Shown piece by piece: positions 36,892-45,882 of a stretch of DNA of 47,390 bases. Origin of the DNA: a virus; UHGV virus genome UHGV-1361924. The stretch is one strand, 5' to 3'. Position 1 is the first letter of the stretch, and the number at the start of each line of letters is the position of its first letter. Below the pieces are notes generated by a model that had not been told where the DNA came from, did no database searches, and saw only the letters and a program-made list of their open reading frames with translations. Both the position numbers and the translations under genes were made by a program.

Positions 36892-37350
36892 TCAAAAACT
36901 ATCAATTTGTATGCTCTTATCATGAGGCTTTTTCAAATGGTAATACGTTGCTCTCCAGTCATTGAATGCCATCATGGCTGCTTCCCATCCAAGGCATACG
37001 CACACAAAGCATTCTGCTTTTTTACTCGCCTCAAGATACTCAAGCTGACCATCCTCCCATTCGCAAAGTGTATGGTCTCTCCTCTTCATCTCAATGACAA
37101 GTGAGGGGTTCCCAGGGATTATTATATCTGAAGCTCCTTTGTTTAAAGCTCCTTTCTTTTTTAGGTTATTAACTTCGTGCGCTTTTCTCTTCCCCTCGTT
37201 TGGGACGTGAAGAACAAGGCGCCCAAAACTGTCAGGATACATTTTCTTCAACTGATTTATGAATGTTACAAGTTCAGCATCTTCTACAGGACATTTTTTA
37301 TTGCGGTAGTCCTTTTCACCATAAATTTTTAACCATTCTGGAAAAATCAT
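36892..37350 (-). CDS. VRR-NUC domain nuclease (PD-(D/E)xK)
   Basis: GASDIIIP...VIEMKRRDH motif. Confidence 0.7.
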   Translation of the reverse strand: MIFPEWLKIYGEKDYRNKKCPVEDAELVTFINQLKKMYPDSFGRLVLHVPNEGKRKAHEVNNLKKKGALNKGASDIIIPGNPSLVIEMKRRDHTLCEWEDGQLEYLEASKKAECFVCVCLGWEAAMMAFNDWRATYYHLKKPHDKSIQIDSF

Positions 37351-39209
37351 AACTCACCCCAGTACATTCCTTTCACATTGTAATATTTGCTGCCTTTATC
37401 CTTTCTGAACATAATGGCAGTAGGATATGTAGCATCTTCTCTTCTCGATAGTGCTTCATCTATTTCCAGTACCTCTCCAAAAGATTTAATACTGAAGTCC
37501 TCCCATTCTCTTCTTTGCCATGTCTTTTCTGCCATAGGTTTAAAGAATTTATTAACGAACCATGGCGACTGCTCAATAGCAAACTTAACTACCAACATAT
37601 CATCACCACTACTTACATAGTGGCGCGTGATGCTCATCATTGTAACTTTTGATTGCTTGGTTGCATCAGGCGCAGAGTCAAGTCTTGCCGCCTCTTCCTG
37701 TAGCTTCTGATTTGGGTCAATAATTTCTGCTTTGCAGCTCACGCAGTTACGAGCAGCAATATCATTTTCAAAACCACAATCAGGGCATTCTTTGAATGAC
37801 CACTTATACGTGCAACGACGCATTTCACGCAGCGCACCAACCATAATATAGTTCTTACAGCGACGCCCAAAGTGTCCTGGCATTGGCTTTTGTCCTATCT
37901 TTTCGCCAGATTTATCATAAATATCTACCATTATTCTGTCACCAGCGAGATCAAGCCAATATCCCTCACTGTCCATATCAAGGCCTTCTGGATTTGGGCG
38001 CACTCCAAATTCATTAACAAATCCGCATGATGGGCATTTTACTTCCATTGGAACAGATGGTTTTTTTCGCGTTGCTTTAATCTCAGGAGTAAACAGGTCT
38101 CCTGTCTCAGCAAAATGACGGTCTATGTTTCCTGCGTAGTCGCTCACGAGAAAGTTTTCCTTCCCTTCGTAAAGCCTTGTTCCACGACCTATTATCTGCT
38201 GATACAGTCGCGGTGACTCTGTGGCGCGCATTACAGCAATATGATCGCAATGTGGCACATCGACGCCAACCGTAAGGATATTCTGGTTGACGATGTATTT
38301 AACTTTCTGCGCCTTAAAATCTGATATAGCCTTGTTGCGCTCGGCAGTAGACATATCACCGAAAACATAGCTATAACTACCAGAAGGCAGAGATTCCATA
38401 ATCTCCATGGCATGCTTTTTCGTGCTGGCGAAAATCATAGTTCCACGGCGATTCGCTGAACGCCTGACGATATCCTCAACGATGCGAGATGTCTTGCGTC
38501 CTTTTCCAACCATAGCGCGCTCTACCGATGCAGTTGTATAACGCCCAAGTTTATCCTTCTCAAGTCCAGAGGTATCATATTCTTCTTCTACGTGCTCAGT
38601 AACTGGAGGAGTCAGGTAGCCATTATCAATCAGGAATTTTGCCTCAAGCTCATAAACAACCTTGTCATAGTAAGGTTCAATCGCCGTATCTTCGTCGGTT
38701 GGCCCATCAATATAGTGCTCCTTATAGATATAACCAGTACCAAGGCGGTAAGGCGTTGCGGTCATTCCAATGATGCGCAGCTTTGCGTTGCGACGCCTCA
38801 CCTCATTAATAATAAATTTAATGGTTGGCGTGATGCCGTCGCACTCATCAATGATGACGGCGCCATATTTATCTCCGAACATTTCAATAGAGTTTTTGAT
38901 TGTGACAGGAGAGCCAAACACTACCGGGTGGCGCAGATTTTTAGGACCAGCCTTGGCGCTAAACATGCTTGCTGGCTCGCCAGTTAAGAGGTATTTAGAG
39001 CGATTCTGCGTCACAAGCTCCCCCGTGGGAGCAATGCAAAGCACACGCTTTTTACTCATCTCATAGATGCGTGCTGCAAGCTCAGCGACAACCATTGACT
39101 TTCCTGCGCCAGTGGGAAGGATAATAACGCATGATGAGATTGTTCTTCTAATGTGAGCCATAGCAGCGTCAACCGCTTCCTGCTGGTATGGCCTTAGCGT
39201 ATATTTCAT
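37347..39209 (-). CDS. SF2 (DEAD/DEAH-box) helicase with C-terminal zinc ribbons
   Basis: Walker A PTGAGKS, DEAD-box IIDECD, CPSCG and CPDCG..CVSCK fingers; start at MKYTLRPYQQ with GAGAGGA RBS. Confidence 0.8.
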   Translation of the reverse strand: MKYTLRPYQQEAVDAAMAHIRRTISSCVIILPTGAGKSMVVAELAARIYEMSKKRVLCIAPTGELVTQNRSKYLLTGEPASMFSAKAGPKNLRHPVVFGSPVTIKNSIEMFGDKYGAVIIDECDGITPTIKFIINEVRRRNAKLRIIGMTATPYRLGTGYIYKEHYIDGPTDEDTAIEPYYDKVVYELEAKFLIDNGYLTPPVTEHVEEEYDTSGLEKDKLGRYTTASVERAMVGKGRKTSRIVEDIVRRSANRRGTMIFASTKKHAMEIMESLPSGSYSYVFGDMSTAERNKAISDFKAQKVKYIVNQNILTVGVDVPHCDHIAVMRATESPRLYQQIIGRGTRLYEGKENFLVSDYAGNIDRHFAETGDLFTPEIKATRKKPSVPMEVKCPSCGFVNEFGVRPNPEGLDMDSEGYWLDLAGDRIMVDIYDKSGEKIGQKPMPGHFGRRCKNYIMVGALREMRRCTYKWSFKECPDCGFENDIAARNCVSCKAEIIDPNQKLQEEAARLDSAPDATKQSKVTMMSITRHYVSSGDDMLVVKFAIEQSPWFVNKFFKPMAEKTWQRREWEDFSIKSFGEVLEIDEALSRREDATYPTAIMFRKDKGSKYYNVKGMYWGEL

Positions 39210-39221
39210 AATGTCCTCTCG

Positions 39222-39258
39222 AATAAAAAGGGCCACGAATGGCCCTTGGTTACTTTTT
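39222..39258 (-). terminator. intra-operon terminator/attenuator between SSB-like gene and helicase
   Basis: agggcca-ttcg-tggccct + ttttatt on minus strand. Confidence 0.55.
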
Positions 39259-39262
39259 GAAA

Positions 39263-39799
39263 TCAAAATGGTACATCATCGTCGAAGTCAACCGGCGGCT
39301 CTTCATCCTGCGGCTTTGCCGTTTGCTTTTGTTGCTTTGCTGCTGGAGCTGCTTTAGTCTGCTGGCGACCAAATACCCCGGCAACGTAGTTGCCTGACTT
39401 CTGCTTATCGTCAGACTGCCAGACGCGAAGCAGGAGGATCATCGGGCGGTTAGCCAGAGCGCTTGCGATAGCGAAATCAGTAGGCTCTTTCCCTGAAGCC
39501 ATCAGTTTGCCACCAGCGTTTGCATCAATTGCTGCCAGCATGCTGATGGCGTTATCGCGCTGCTTGTCCTTCTGGCTGAAAACCTTCAGCTTCTGGAAGA
39601 TGATACGATTTTTGTAATCGCCATCCAGGATGCGCCACTTCAGGTTAAAGAAGCGCTCACCTTCCCATTCATCGTCCTTGCACTCCTCAACAGCAGCCAG
39701 CACGCGGGTGCCGTCAGGAATAACTTCGAAAGCACCACCAGCCTCAAATTCAGACTTTGACTCAACTTCTTTACCGTCAGAAAGATTCCAGAAACCCAT
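39263..39799 (-). CDS. non-canonical SSB-like ssDNA-binding protein with SSB-type acidic tail (DFDDDVPF)
   Basis: C-terminal PPVDFDDDVPF; neighbours Sak4/Gp157; N-terminal region unlike E. coli SSB OB fold. Confidence 0.55.
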   Translation of the reverse strand: MGFWNLSDGKEVESKSEFEAGGAFEVIPDGTRVLAAVEECKDDEWEGERFFNLKWRILDGDYKNRIIFQKLKVFSQKDKQRDNAISMLAAIDANAGGKLMASGKEPTDFAIASALANRPMILLLRVWQSDDKQKSGNYVAGVFGRQQTKAAPAAKQQKQTAKPQDEEPPVDFDDDVPF

Positions 39800-39815
39800 T
39801 TTTATGTCCTCTCGA

Positions 39816-40295
39816 TTATTTGATGATCAGCTTTGGTTTTCCATCGGTGATGGCACAACCTTTAATTTCAGTTCCGGCTTTCAGTGCCGCTTTAATGGCT
39901 GCATTATCTGCCGAAAATTTTACAACGCGATACTGCTCTGGCAACTGCTCAACCGGGACAAACACATCCAAAACAGGAGATGGTTTGCCAAGCGTTATGC
40001 TGAACAGCTTGCCTTTGATATTCGTTTTTCCAGATGCAAGCATGTTCTGACGAAGATAATCTTTCAGGTTATCTATCTTCGCAGTCAGCACCCGCTTGCG
40101 TTCTGACAGGCGATCAATCTCAGCCTTCATGCCAGCTTCATCCGCCTCAAGCTCGCTGATATAAGCGGCAACCATCTCGGCCTTTCCTTCAAACTCCTCC
40201 TCAATCAGGTTAATGGTGTCTTCAATCTGCTCGCGTGGAATATCTTCCATCGCAAGCAGTTCGTTAAGCTGTTTCGTTATTTCGTAAAGACGCAT
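39816..40295 (-). CDS. Siphovirus Gp157 family protein
   Basis: 159 aa coiled-coil protein typical partner of Sak4. Confidence 0.6.
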   Translation of the reverse strand: MRLYEITKQLNELLAMEDIPREQIEDTINLIEEEFEGKAEMVAAYISELEADEAGMKAEIDRLSERKRVLTAKIDNLKDYLRQNMLASGKTNIKGKLFSITLGKPSPVLDVFVPVEQLPEQYRVVKFSADNAAIKAALKAGTEIKGCAITDGKPKLIIK

Positions 40296-41106
40296 AATAC
40301 TTAATCTCTGTCAGAAGTGGATTTTCGCCTTTATCAAACTGAATCTCAGGTTCAAGGTTGAAGCGATTTTTCGCATTAACGTAACCAACCCGGCCATCAC
40401 CAGAGGTGACAAGTACACGCTGCCCAGTCTGCACAACCTTACCGAACTTAGTTACCTGCCCTTTTTTATCTGTCTCAGTACCCTTCACAAACTCCTCATT
40501 GCGGATATAGATAACAGCATCGCTAAGCGCAACGTAACCATCAATACTGGCTTCGTGCATGTTGAGAGTGTAAACGGTGTACTCGTCAGAATCAGGTCGG
40601 TTCTTCATCTTACGTATGCCAGCATGCGCAAGATAAATGATGCTCATCCCTTTGTTAGAGCGAAGATACTTGCATGCGTTAATAATTTCAGCATGCATCT
40701 CAGCCACAACCAGATAGCCCTTGTTGTAACCACCGGCTGCTGCGCCAACGTTATCTACTCCATAGTTTTCGCAAACCTCATGCTCAAACATGGCGTGGAG
40801 GCTGGTGATGGAGTCGATAACCAGCGTTTTATAGTCATGCTCTTCTGTAATAAGAGCGCGCAACTGTGACAATAAGTCTTCTTTTGTACTCGTCTTGCGC
40901 TTTGCATCAGCTCGCTTCAGAACAGGGAATGAATCAGGCTTGTTTTCTTCGTCCCAGTCGTCGAATACGCCAGTAATCTCTTCAGCCTGAATGAAAACAG
41001 GCTTAGGGAAGAGCGCCGCCAGAGTCGTCTTGCCAACACCAGGGGTACCAACAAGGGTAATGATAGGTGCAACTGGTTTTGGTTTTTGAATCATTGATAA
41101 GCTCAT
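40264..41106 (-). CDS. Sak4-like RecA-fold recombination ATPase
   Basis: Walker A GTPGVGKTT; start at MSLSMIQ with GAGAGGA RBS. Confidence 0.7.
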   Translation of the reverse strand: MSLSMIQKPKPVAPIITLVGTPGVGKTTLAALFPKPVFIQAEEITGVFDDWDEENKPDSFPVLKRADAKRKTSTKEDLLSQLRALITEEHDYKTLVIDSITSLHAMFEHEVCENYGVDNVGAAAGGYNKGYLVVAEMHAEIINACKYLRSNKGMSIIYLAHAGIRKMKNRPDSDEYTVYTLNMHEASIDGYVALSDAVIYIRNEEFVKGTETDKKGQVTKFGKVVQTGQRVLVTSGDGRVGYVNAKNRFNLEPEIQFDKGENPLLTEIKYYASLRNNETA

Positions 41107-41238
41107 AGTGTCCTCTCGAATCACTCAGCGTTGTTGCTGGTGTGAGTAAAAGATACGACAGGACATTCGTCAGGTCAATAGCTTTACATAAAAATATTTT
41201 GCGTTTATCATTCTTCTATAAATTAGCAGGAGGAAAGA

Positions 41239-41480
41239 TGAAAACCATCGCTGAACAAATCAAAGAAATGGAAAAGAAAGCTCTCGATGCTCTTATTGAG
41301 CATATGGGAGGACAAGCATCGCTGGCGCGCTTCCTTGGCGTTTCTCGTCAATCAGTAAACGAATGGGTTTCCCGTGGGCGCATCAGCGCAACGGCTGCCA
41401 TAGAGGTAGATAAGCTAACCAACGGACTTTTTAAAAAGGAAGATTTGCGCCCAGCAGTTACTCAATGGAGAGCGAAATAA
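41239..41480 (+). CDS. Cro/YdaS-like HTH transcriptional regulator
   Basis: ASLARFLGVSRQSVNEWVSRGRIS; strong RBS GCAGGAGG; ORF-track 5' extension rejected. Confidence 0.55.
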
Positions 41481-43798
41481 TGACAGGATACAAGGATTAT
41501 CACGCCGCCGGATTCCCTGTTATAGGAATCCATCCAATGGATCATGACAGGAAATGTACCTGCGAGCGTCCTGAATGCGACGCAGCAGGCAAGCATCCCA
41601 TAATGTCAAACTGGCAATGTGGAATCATATGGGAAGATGACCAACTTGAAAACATGCGCGAGTTTGGCCAGCTAAATAGCTTCGGCGTGCTGGTAGATGG
41701 TTATCTTGTCGTGGATGTTGACCCGAGAAATGGTGGCAATGAAGGGTATGAGGCGCTTTGCGAGGCACTTGATATGGAGCTTGCAGATGAATCAGGATTT
41801 GTAGTGAACACTGGTGGTGGCGGAAAGCATATTTATTATAAATTGCCAGATGGAGTGAAGCTCAATTCTCACGACAAGCGATTCAAAGGAATTGACTTTA
41901 AGTCTTCAGGCTTCGTGATCGGATGTGGCTCATTCCATAAATCAGGCAACTTTTATGAAGCTGAGCATGGCTCTCCGTCATCCATAACAGAGCCACCGTC
42001 GTCACTTGTTGAGCTATTGCAACGAGCAGAGCGCGAGGAATTTTCACTCGGTGCCGAATCGTTTTCTATGCAGGAACTTCAGGACATGCTGAACCACATT
42101 AATTGTGGTGAAGATTATGAAGACTGGATTCGCGTTGGCATGGCAATTCATGAGGCAACAGATGGTAACGGATTTGATTTGTGGGACTCATGGTCATCAC
42201 GCTTCTCAAAGTATGACCCATCTGATATGGATTACCACTGGCACTCATATGGTAAGGGAAATGGGGACCGCGTCACTGCCGCTACGCTTGTTCATCTGGC
42301 TGAAGAGGGTGGATGGGTTCGTGCAGTTTCATTTCAGGCGTCGCCAGAAGAAATTGCATTGCTTGAGAAATTTGAGAAAAAAATGGCGATGGGTGTTGGT
42401 GAATGCCCGGTTGATTACAAATCTGTTGATGTGCGGTTTCCGCCAGGGTTCGTCGGCAAGTTGACGGAATGGATTAACAGAAACTGCGCTGAGAAAAGAG
42501 AATACCTCGCAGCTCTGGCAGCCATCCATGCGGCATCAATAATCTGCGGCGCCTCTTCAGATATTTACCTTACCAATCGTAAGGCTGTGCCAAATCTTTT
42601 TTCTATTGGCATCGCCGGGTCTGGCTCAGGAAAGGGTGACGTGCTTGCGGCTTTGCAAAAAATTATCGACTGCTCAGGACTCAGCAAGACAGTAGCCGGT
42701 AAAATCCGTTCTGAAAGAGCCATATATGAGGGGCTGGCAGCTAATCAGATGTTTAACCTCATTATGGATGAGATTGGCATCAAACTCGGCAGCGTGGTTG
42801 GGCAAAAGGTCAGTGAGTACAACATGGCCACGGCTGGCGCACTAATGGAGTCTTACACCGCAGAAATACTGTACTGCGACCAGCGCATCACTGATGAATA
42901 CGTCAAGCAGTTTGAAAAAAGGCTTGGCACTCTCATGATGATGATCGAAGAAAACGAGTTGCAGGCAGATCCTGTCGACATTAAGCATCAGTTTGAAGAT
43001 GTGATTAGTCGCATAGATGGTGCGATAAGAAATCCTTTCTTTTCCATGTTTGGCGTTTCGACTGATGACCAGTTCAAAAAACTCATTACCGAAGAGAACA
43101 TCAAATCAGGTCTCATGGGGCGCGCCATGATTATGCAGGAGCTTCAGGAAATCGCAGACGAAAACGAAGATGTGGAATACTGCGATCTGCCAATGTCTAT
43201 GCAAATGACCATAAAAACAATAATAAATGGCACTACTGCTGGTTACAAAAACTGGACTGAATCAATCATAAGCAACAAAGAAAGGCGAGCAATAAAGGCA
43301 ACACCAGAGGTGTCAGCAATGGCCAAAGAGTTTTTTTCATGGCTCAAGATGATTGCCCGTCAGCACGTAGAAAATGGCACAGGCTATCAACCGTTGATTA
43401 ACCGATGTGCTGTAAAGGTGGCAAAGATAGCCGGAATTCTTGCCTGCGATACTGGCGTTATCACAATGGAGCATCTACGGTACGCCGTTGCGCTCACCAT
43501 CAAATCAACAAGCGATTTAATGATGCGGGCTGATAGTTTGTCAGGGGCTAACTCCAAGAGCAACGACAGGCGCGTTGAGGGGCTTGAATCGCTTGTCCGT
43601 GAGTACGTCAAGCGTGGAATGGCCCGCAAAGCAATCATTATTGGCGTGGCTAAGGACGGAAACTATAAACGAGCTGACTCTGAGCGCATGCTGGACAAGC
43701 TCATTGAAGACGGTGAGGTTATTGAGGATAAAGAGGCCAGGCGCACAAGCAACCGGGCCATCATCTATAAATTAGTTAATGATGAGGTAAGCATATGA
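41480..43798 (+). CDS. primase-helicase (PrimPol-like N-terminus + D5/P4-type SF3 helicase-like C-terminus)
   Basis: VVDVDPRNGG catalytic motif, Zn motif CTCERPECDAAGKH, P-loop-like GIAGSGSGKG; TAATG coupling, GGAG RBS. Confidence 0.75.
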   Translation: MTGYKDYHAAGFPVIGIHPMDHDRKCTCERPECDAAGKHPIMSNWQCGIIWEDDQLENMREFGQLNSFGVLVDGYLVVDVDPRNGGNEGYEALCEALDMELADESGFVVNTGGGGKHIYYKLPDGVKLNSHDKRFKGIDFKSSGFVIGCGSFHKSGNFYEAEHGSPSSITEPPSSLVELLQRAEREEFSLGAESFSMQELQDMLNHINCGEDYEDWIRVGMAIHEATDGNGFDLWDSWSSRFSKYDPSDMDYHWHSYGKGNGDRVTAATLVHLAEEGGWVRAVSFQASPEEIALLEKFEKKMAMGVGECPVDYKSVDVRFPPGFVGKLTEWINRNCAEKREYLAALAAIHAASIICGASSDIYLTNRKAVPNLFSIGIAGSGSGKGDVLAALQKIIDCSGLSKTVAGKIRSERAIYEGLAANQMFNLIMDEIGIKLGSVVGQKVSEYNMATAGALMESYTAEILYCDQRITDEYVKQFEKRLGTLMMMIEENELQADPVDIKHQFEDVISRIDGAIRNPFFSMFGVSTDDQFKKLITEENIKSGLMGRAMIMQELQEIADENEDVEYCDLPMSMQMTIKTIINGTTAGYKNWTESIISNKERRAIKATPEVSAMAKEFFSWLKMIARQHVENGTGYQPLINRCAVKVAKIAGILACDTGVITMEHLRYAVALTIKSTSDLMMRADSLSGANSKSNDRRVEGLESLVREYVKRGMARKAIIIGVAKDGNYKRADSERMLDKLIEDGEVIEDKEARRTSNRAIIYKLVNDEVSI

Positions 43799-44172
43799 TC
43801 CGCGTAATTCAGCAAAGCGATATTTTTGCATACAGCCAGTATGAAGCTGAGTGCGAGCCAGAAGCAGCGCTAAACATGATGACTGGAAGAAACCTGATGG
43901 AAGTCTACTATCACAGCGTGCCGGTGTTTCGTTGCAATATGGGGCACAGCATAGAGGATGATGTATTTTTCTGCCGCATAAACTACAAGGGTAACACGGC
44001 ATTCATTTCACAGCCTTATCGTGATGTGGCGAAAAAATGCGGCAAGTGGACTCCAGATGAGCATTTCGCTGGAAATGCTGTGGCAAACTTCTGTGATGTG
44101 TTTGGCGTCAACAGGGAAGAACTGAAGAGACACCTTGACGCGAGGAGAGAAAGGGATTGCGCATCTAATTAA
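43795..44172 (+). CDS. hypothetical protein
   Basis: 125 aa, ATGA coupling. Confidence 0.5.
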   Translation: MIRVIQQSDIFAYSQYEAECEPEAALNMMTGRNLMEVYYHSVPVFRCNMGHSIEDDVFFCRINYKGNTAFISQPYRDVAKKCGKWTPDEHFAGNAVANFCDVFGVNREELKRHLDARRERDCASN

Positions 44173-44175
44173 AGC

Positions 44176-44205
44176 AAAGCCACCTAGCCGGTGGCTTTTT
44201 GTTTG
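44176..44205 (+). terminator. rho-independent terminator
   Basis: agccacc-tagcc-ggtggct + tttttgtttg. Confidence 0.65.
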
Positions 44206-44280
44206 ATTGAAGTTGACCAGACACGTTAAAAGTAGTAACTTTATATAAGTTGATGATTTTATTGAGTTCTAATGTTTTCT

Positions 44281-44593
44281 GGACTTTAGAGCGACATTCA
44301 AAACGTCTTTAGGAAGTTGTTGATTTTTAAACGAAAAACACCAAAAAACAGCTCTAAAGTCTACTTTTTGGTACCCCCCCCCCTCATCGAAAAATAAAAT
44401 TCATAACAAAAAAATACCCCCCCCCCCACAAAAAATAGACTTTAGAAGCAAAATCGCCCTGCAGGCCGCGTCATATATGGATTCTCTAAAGTCGTGACCT
44501 AAAAAACGTTCGGGACTATAGAGGCTCCTATAAGACCTTTTTTCTCCTTCAATACTTACCAATTATTTATATATAAACAATAGACTTTAAAAT
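44281..44593. repeat. AT-rich non-coding region with 5-7 GACTTTAGAG iterons (both orientations) flanking two poly-C tracts (C10 at 44374..44383, C11 at 44417..44427)
   Basis: seen directly; no ORF >40 codons. Confidence 0.7.
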
Positions 44594-44664
44594 CCCTTAG
44601 AGAGATGGTAACTCACGTTACAAAACTATTAGCTTGCTATTGTTTATTTATTTTCACCATCATA

Positions 44665-44693
44665 TTGACGTAGATTGAGCGCCATCGTATAGT
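44665..44693 (+). promoter_or_regulatory. sigma70-like promoter TTGACG-17-TATAGT (motif TTGACGTAGATTGA)
   Basis: seen directly; 30 nt upstream of first early gene. Confidence 0.6.
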
Positions 44694-44724
44694 TACCACA
44701 CCAACAACAAAGAGGTGATGAAGA

Positions 44725-44940
44725 ATGAAAAAAGGCGATGTGGTGGAGTGCGTTGACGCAAAGGGAAGTGAATATCTTACTAATGGAAAATCGTATGAAG
44801 TTGTAGCGGGAAAAGGCGACAATGGAAGATATGGATACATCAGCAGCGATATGGGATTTGAAATAGTAGACGACAATGGGTATTCAGCATTTTGCTTATA
44901 TCCTGAATGTGAACACGCTGAATGGAGAATCAAAGAATGA
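44725..44940 (+). CDS. hypothetical protein
   Basis: 71 aa, RBS AGAGGTGA. Confidence 0.5.
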   Translation: MKKGDVVECVDAKGSEYLTNGKSYEVVAGKGDNGRYGYISSDMGFEIVDDNGYSAFCLYPECEHAEWRIKE

Positions 44941-45122
44941 CCAAAGCAATCTACAAGCGCACTCAACTGGAACCAGAAATGGGCACAGTGAAAGCGCAAA
45001 ACTTTATGATGGCGCAGGCAATGCATGCATACAGCAACGGCAAGCGAGTCTGTCGCGTTTTTAGTGGCGAAGGTAAGCACAGAACACTTGAGCAGGTTAT
45101 CGTGTCGTCTGGCGCAAACTAA
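44937..45122 (+). CDS. hypothetical protein
   Basis: ATGA coupling. Confidence 0.4.
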   Translation: MTKAIYKRTQLEPEMGTVKAQNFMMAQAMHAYSNGKRVCRVFSGEGKHRTLEQVIVSSGAN

Positions 45123-45137
45123 ACCGGTTTAGCAACG

Positions 45138-45416
45138 ATGAATAAGCTATTTGCAGTGGTGTTGCTCGTCATTTCCAACGCAACAAGTGCCGAAACCATA
45201 TGGGTAACGAAATACGCGCTTACCCGTGGCATTCAGAAGTACGAAAGCGCACAGTTGTTTGCTGATGGTCAGGTTGCCGTAGTTGGCGATGTTTACTTTA
45301 AGCGTGGTGAGTACTGGCTTGATGAACAACAGGCAAAAGACCATGCAGAAACGTTGCGTCAGCGCAGAGTATCAGCACTGATGCGTGAACTTGAAAGATT
45401 GCAGGCTGTTAAGTGA
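45138..45416 (+). CDS. small secreted protein with signal peptide
   Basis: MNKLFAVVLLVISNATSA-ETIW. Confidence 0.5.
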   Translation: MNKLFAVVLLVISNATSAETIWVTKYALTRGIQKYESAQLFADGQVAVVGDVYFKRGEYWLDEQQAKDHAETLRQRRVSALMRELERLQAVK

Positions 45417-45423
45417 GGGTGTG

Positions 45424-45882
45424 ATGATTACTGTCAATGAAGTGCAGCAAATGATTGAGAAACTTGAAGCCGCTGGCGAGATTTCCATGAAGGAAGAAAA
45501 GTATCTGGCGCTGGCGAAAGCGTTTAAGCAGCTGGCTGCGGAGAATGTGGGGCTTAAGGCTGGCGTTGCAGAAGAAATTGAAGTTATCAATCGCGGCGGT
45601 CAGATGTACTGCGTGAAGGACGGCATGTCCATAAATCCGATATATGCGCGCGGATGGAATGACCACCGGGCTAATGTGACGGCAGTACAAACCCCCGCCA
45701 CCGATCTCATCGTAGCCGGGATTAAGGCTGATGGGGTGGAGGAAATGGCGTCAACTTACCGCGGTTTTGCCAATAAGGATGGCTGCTCTGTAAACATGAA
45801 ATGCAGCTACAACCTCACCGCAGAACTAGCCGAAAGCTACGCGGCCTATATTCGCCACCAGATGCGCGAGGGGGCCAAATGA
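45424..45882 (+). CDS. hypothetical protein
   Basis: start at ATG 45424. Confidence 0.45.
   Translation: MITVNEVQQMIEKLEAAGEISMKEEKYLALAKAFKQLAAENVGLKAGVAEEIEVINRGGQMYCVKDGMSINPIYARGWNDHRANVTAVQTPATDLIVAGIKADGVEEMASTYRGFANKDGCSVNMKCSYNLTAELAESYAAYIRHQMREGAK

Noticed and set aside
44281-44593. CRISPR array considered for the iterated GACTTTAGAG copies
   Set aside because: Copies are only about 10 bp, occur in both orientations and have irregular spacing. There is no repeat-spacer periodicity.
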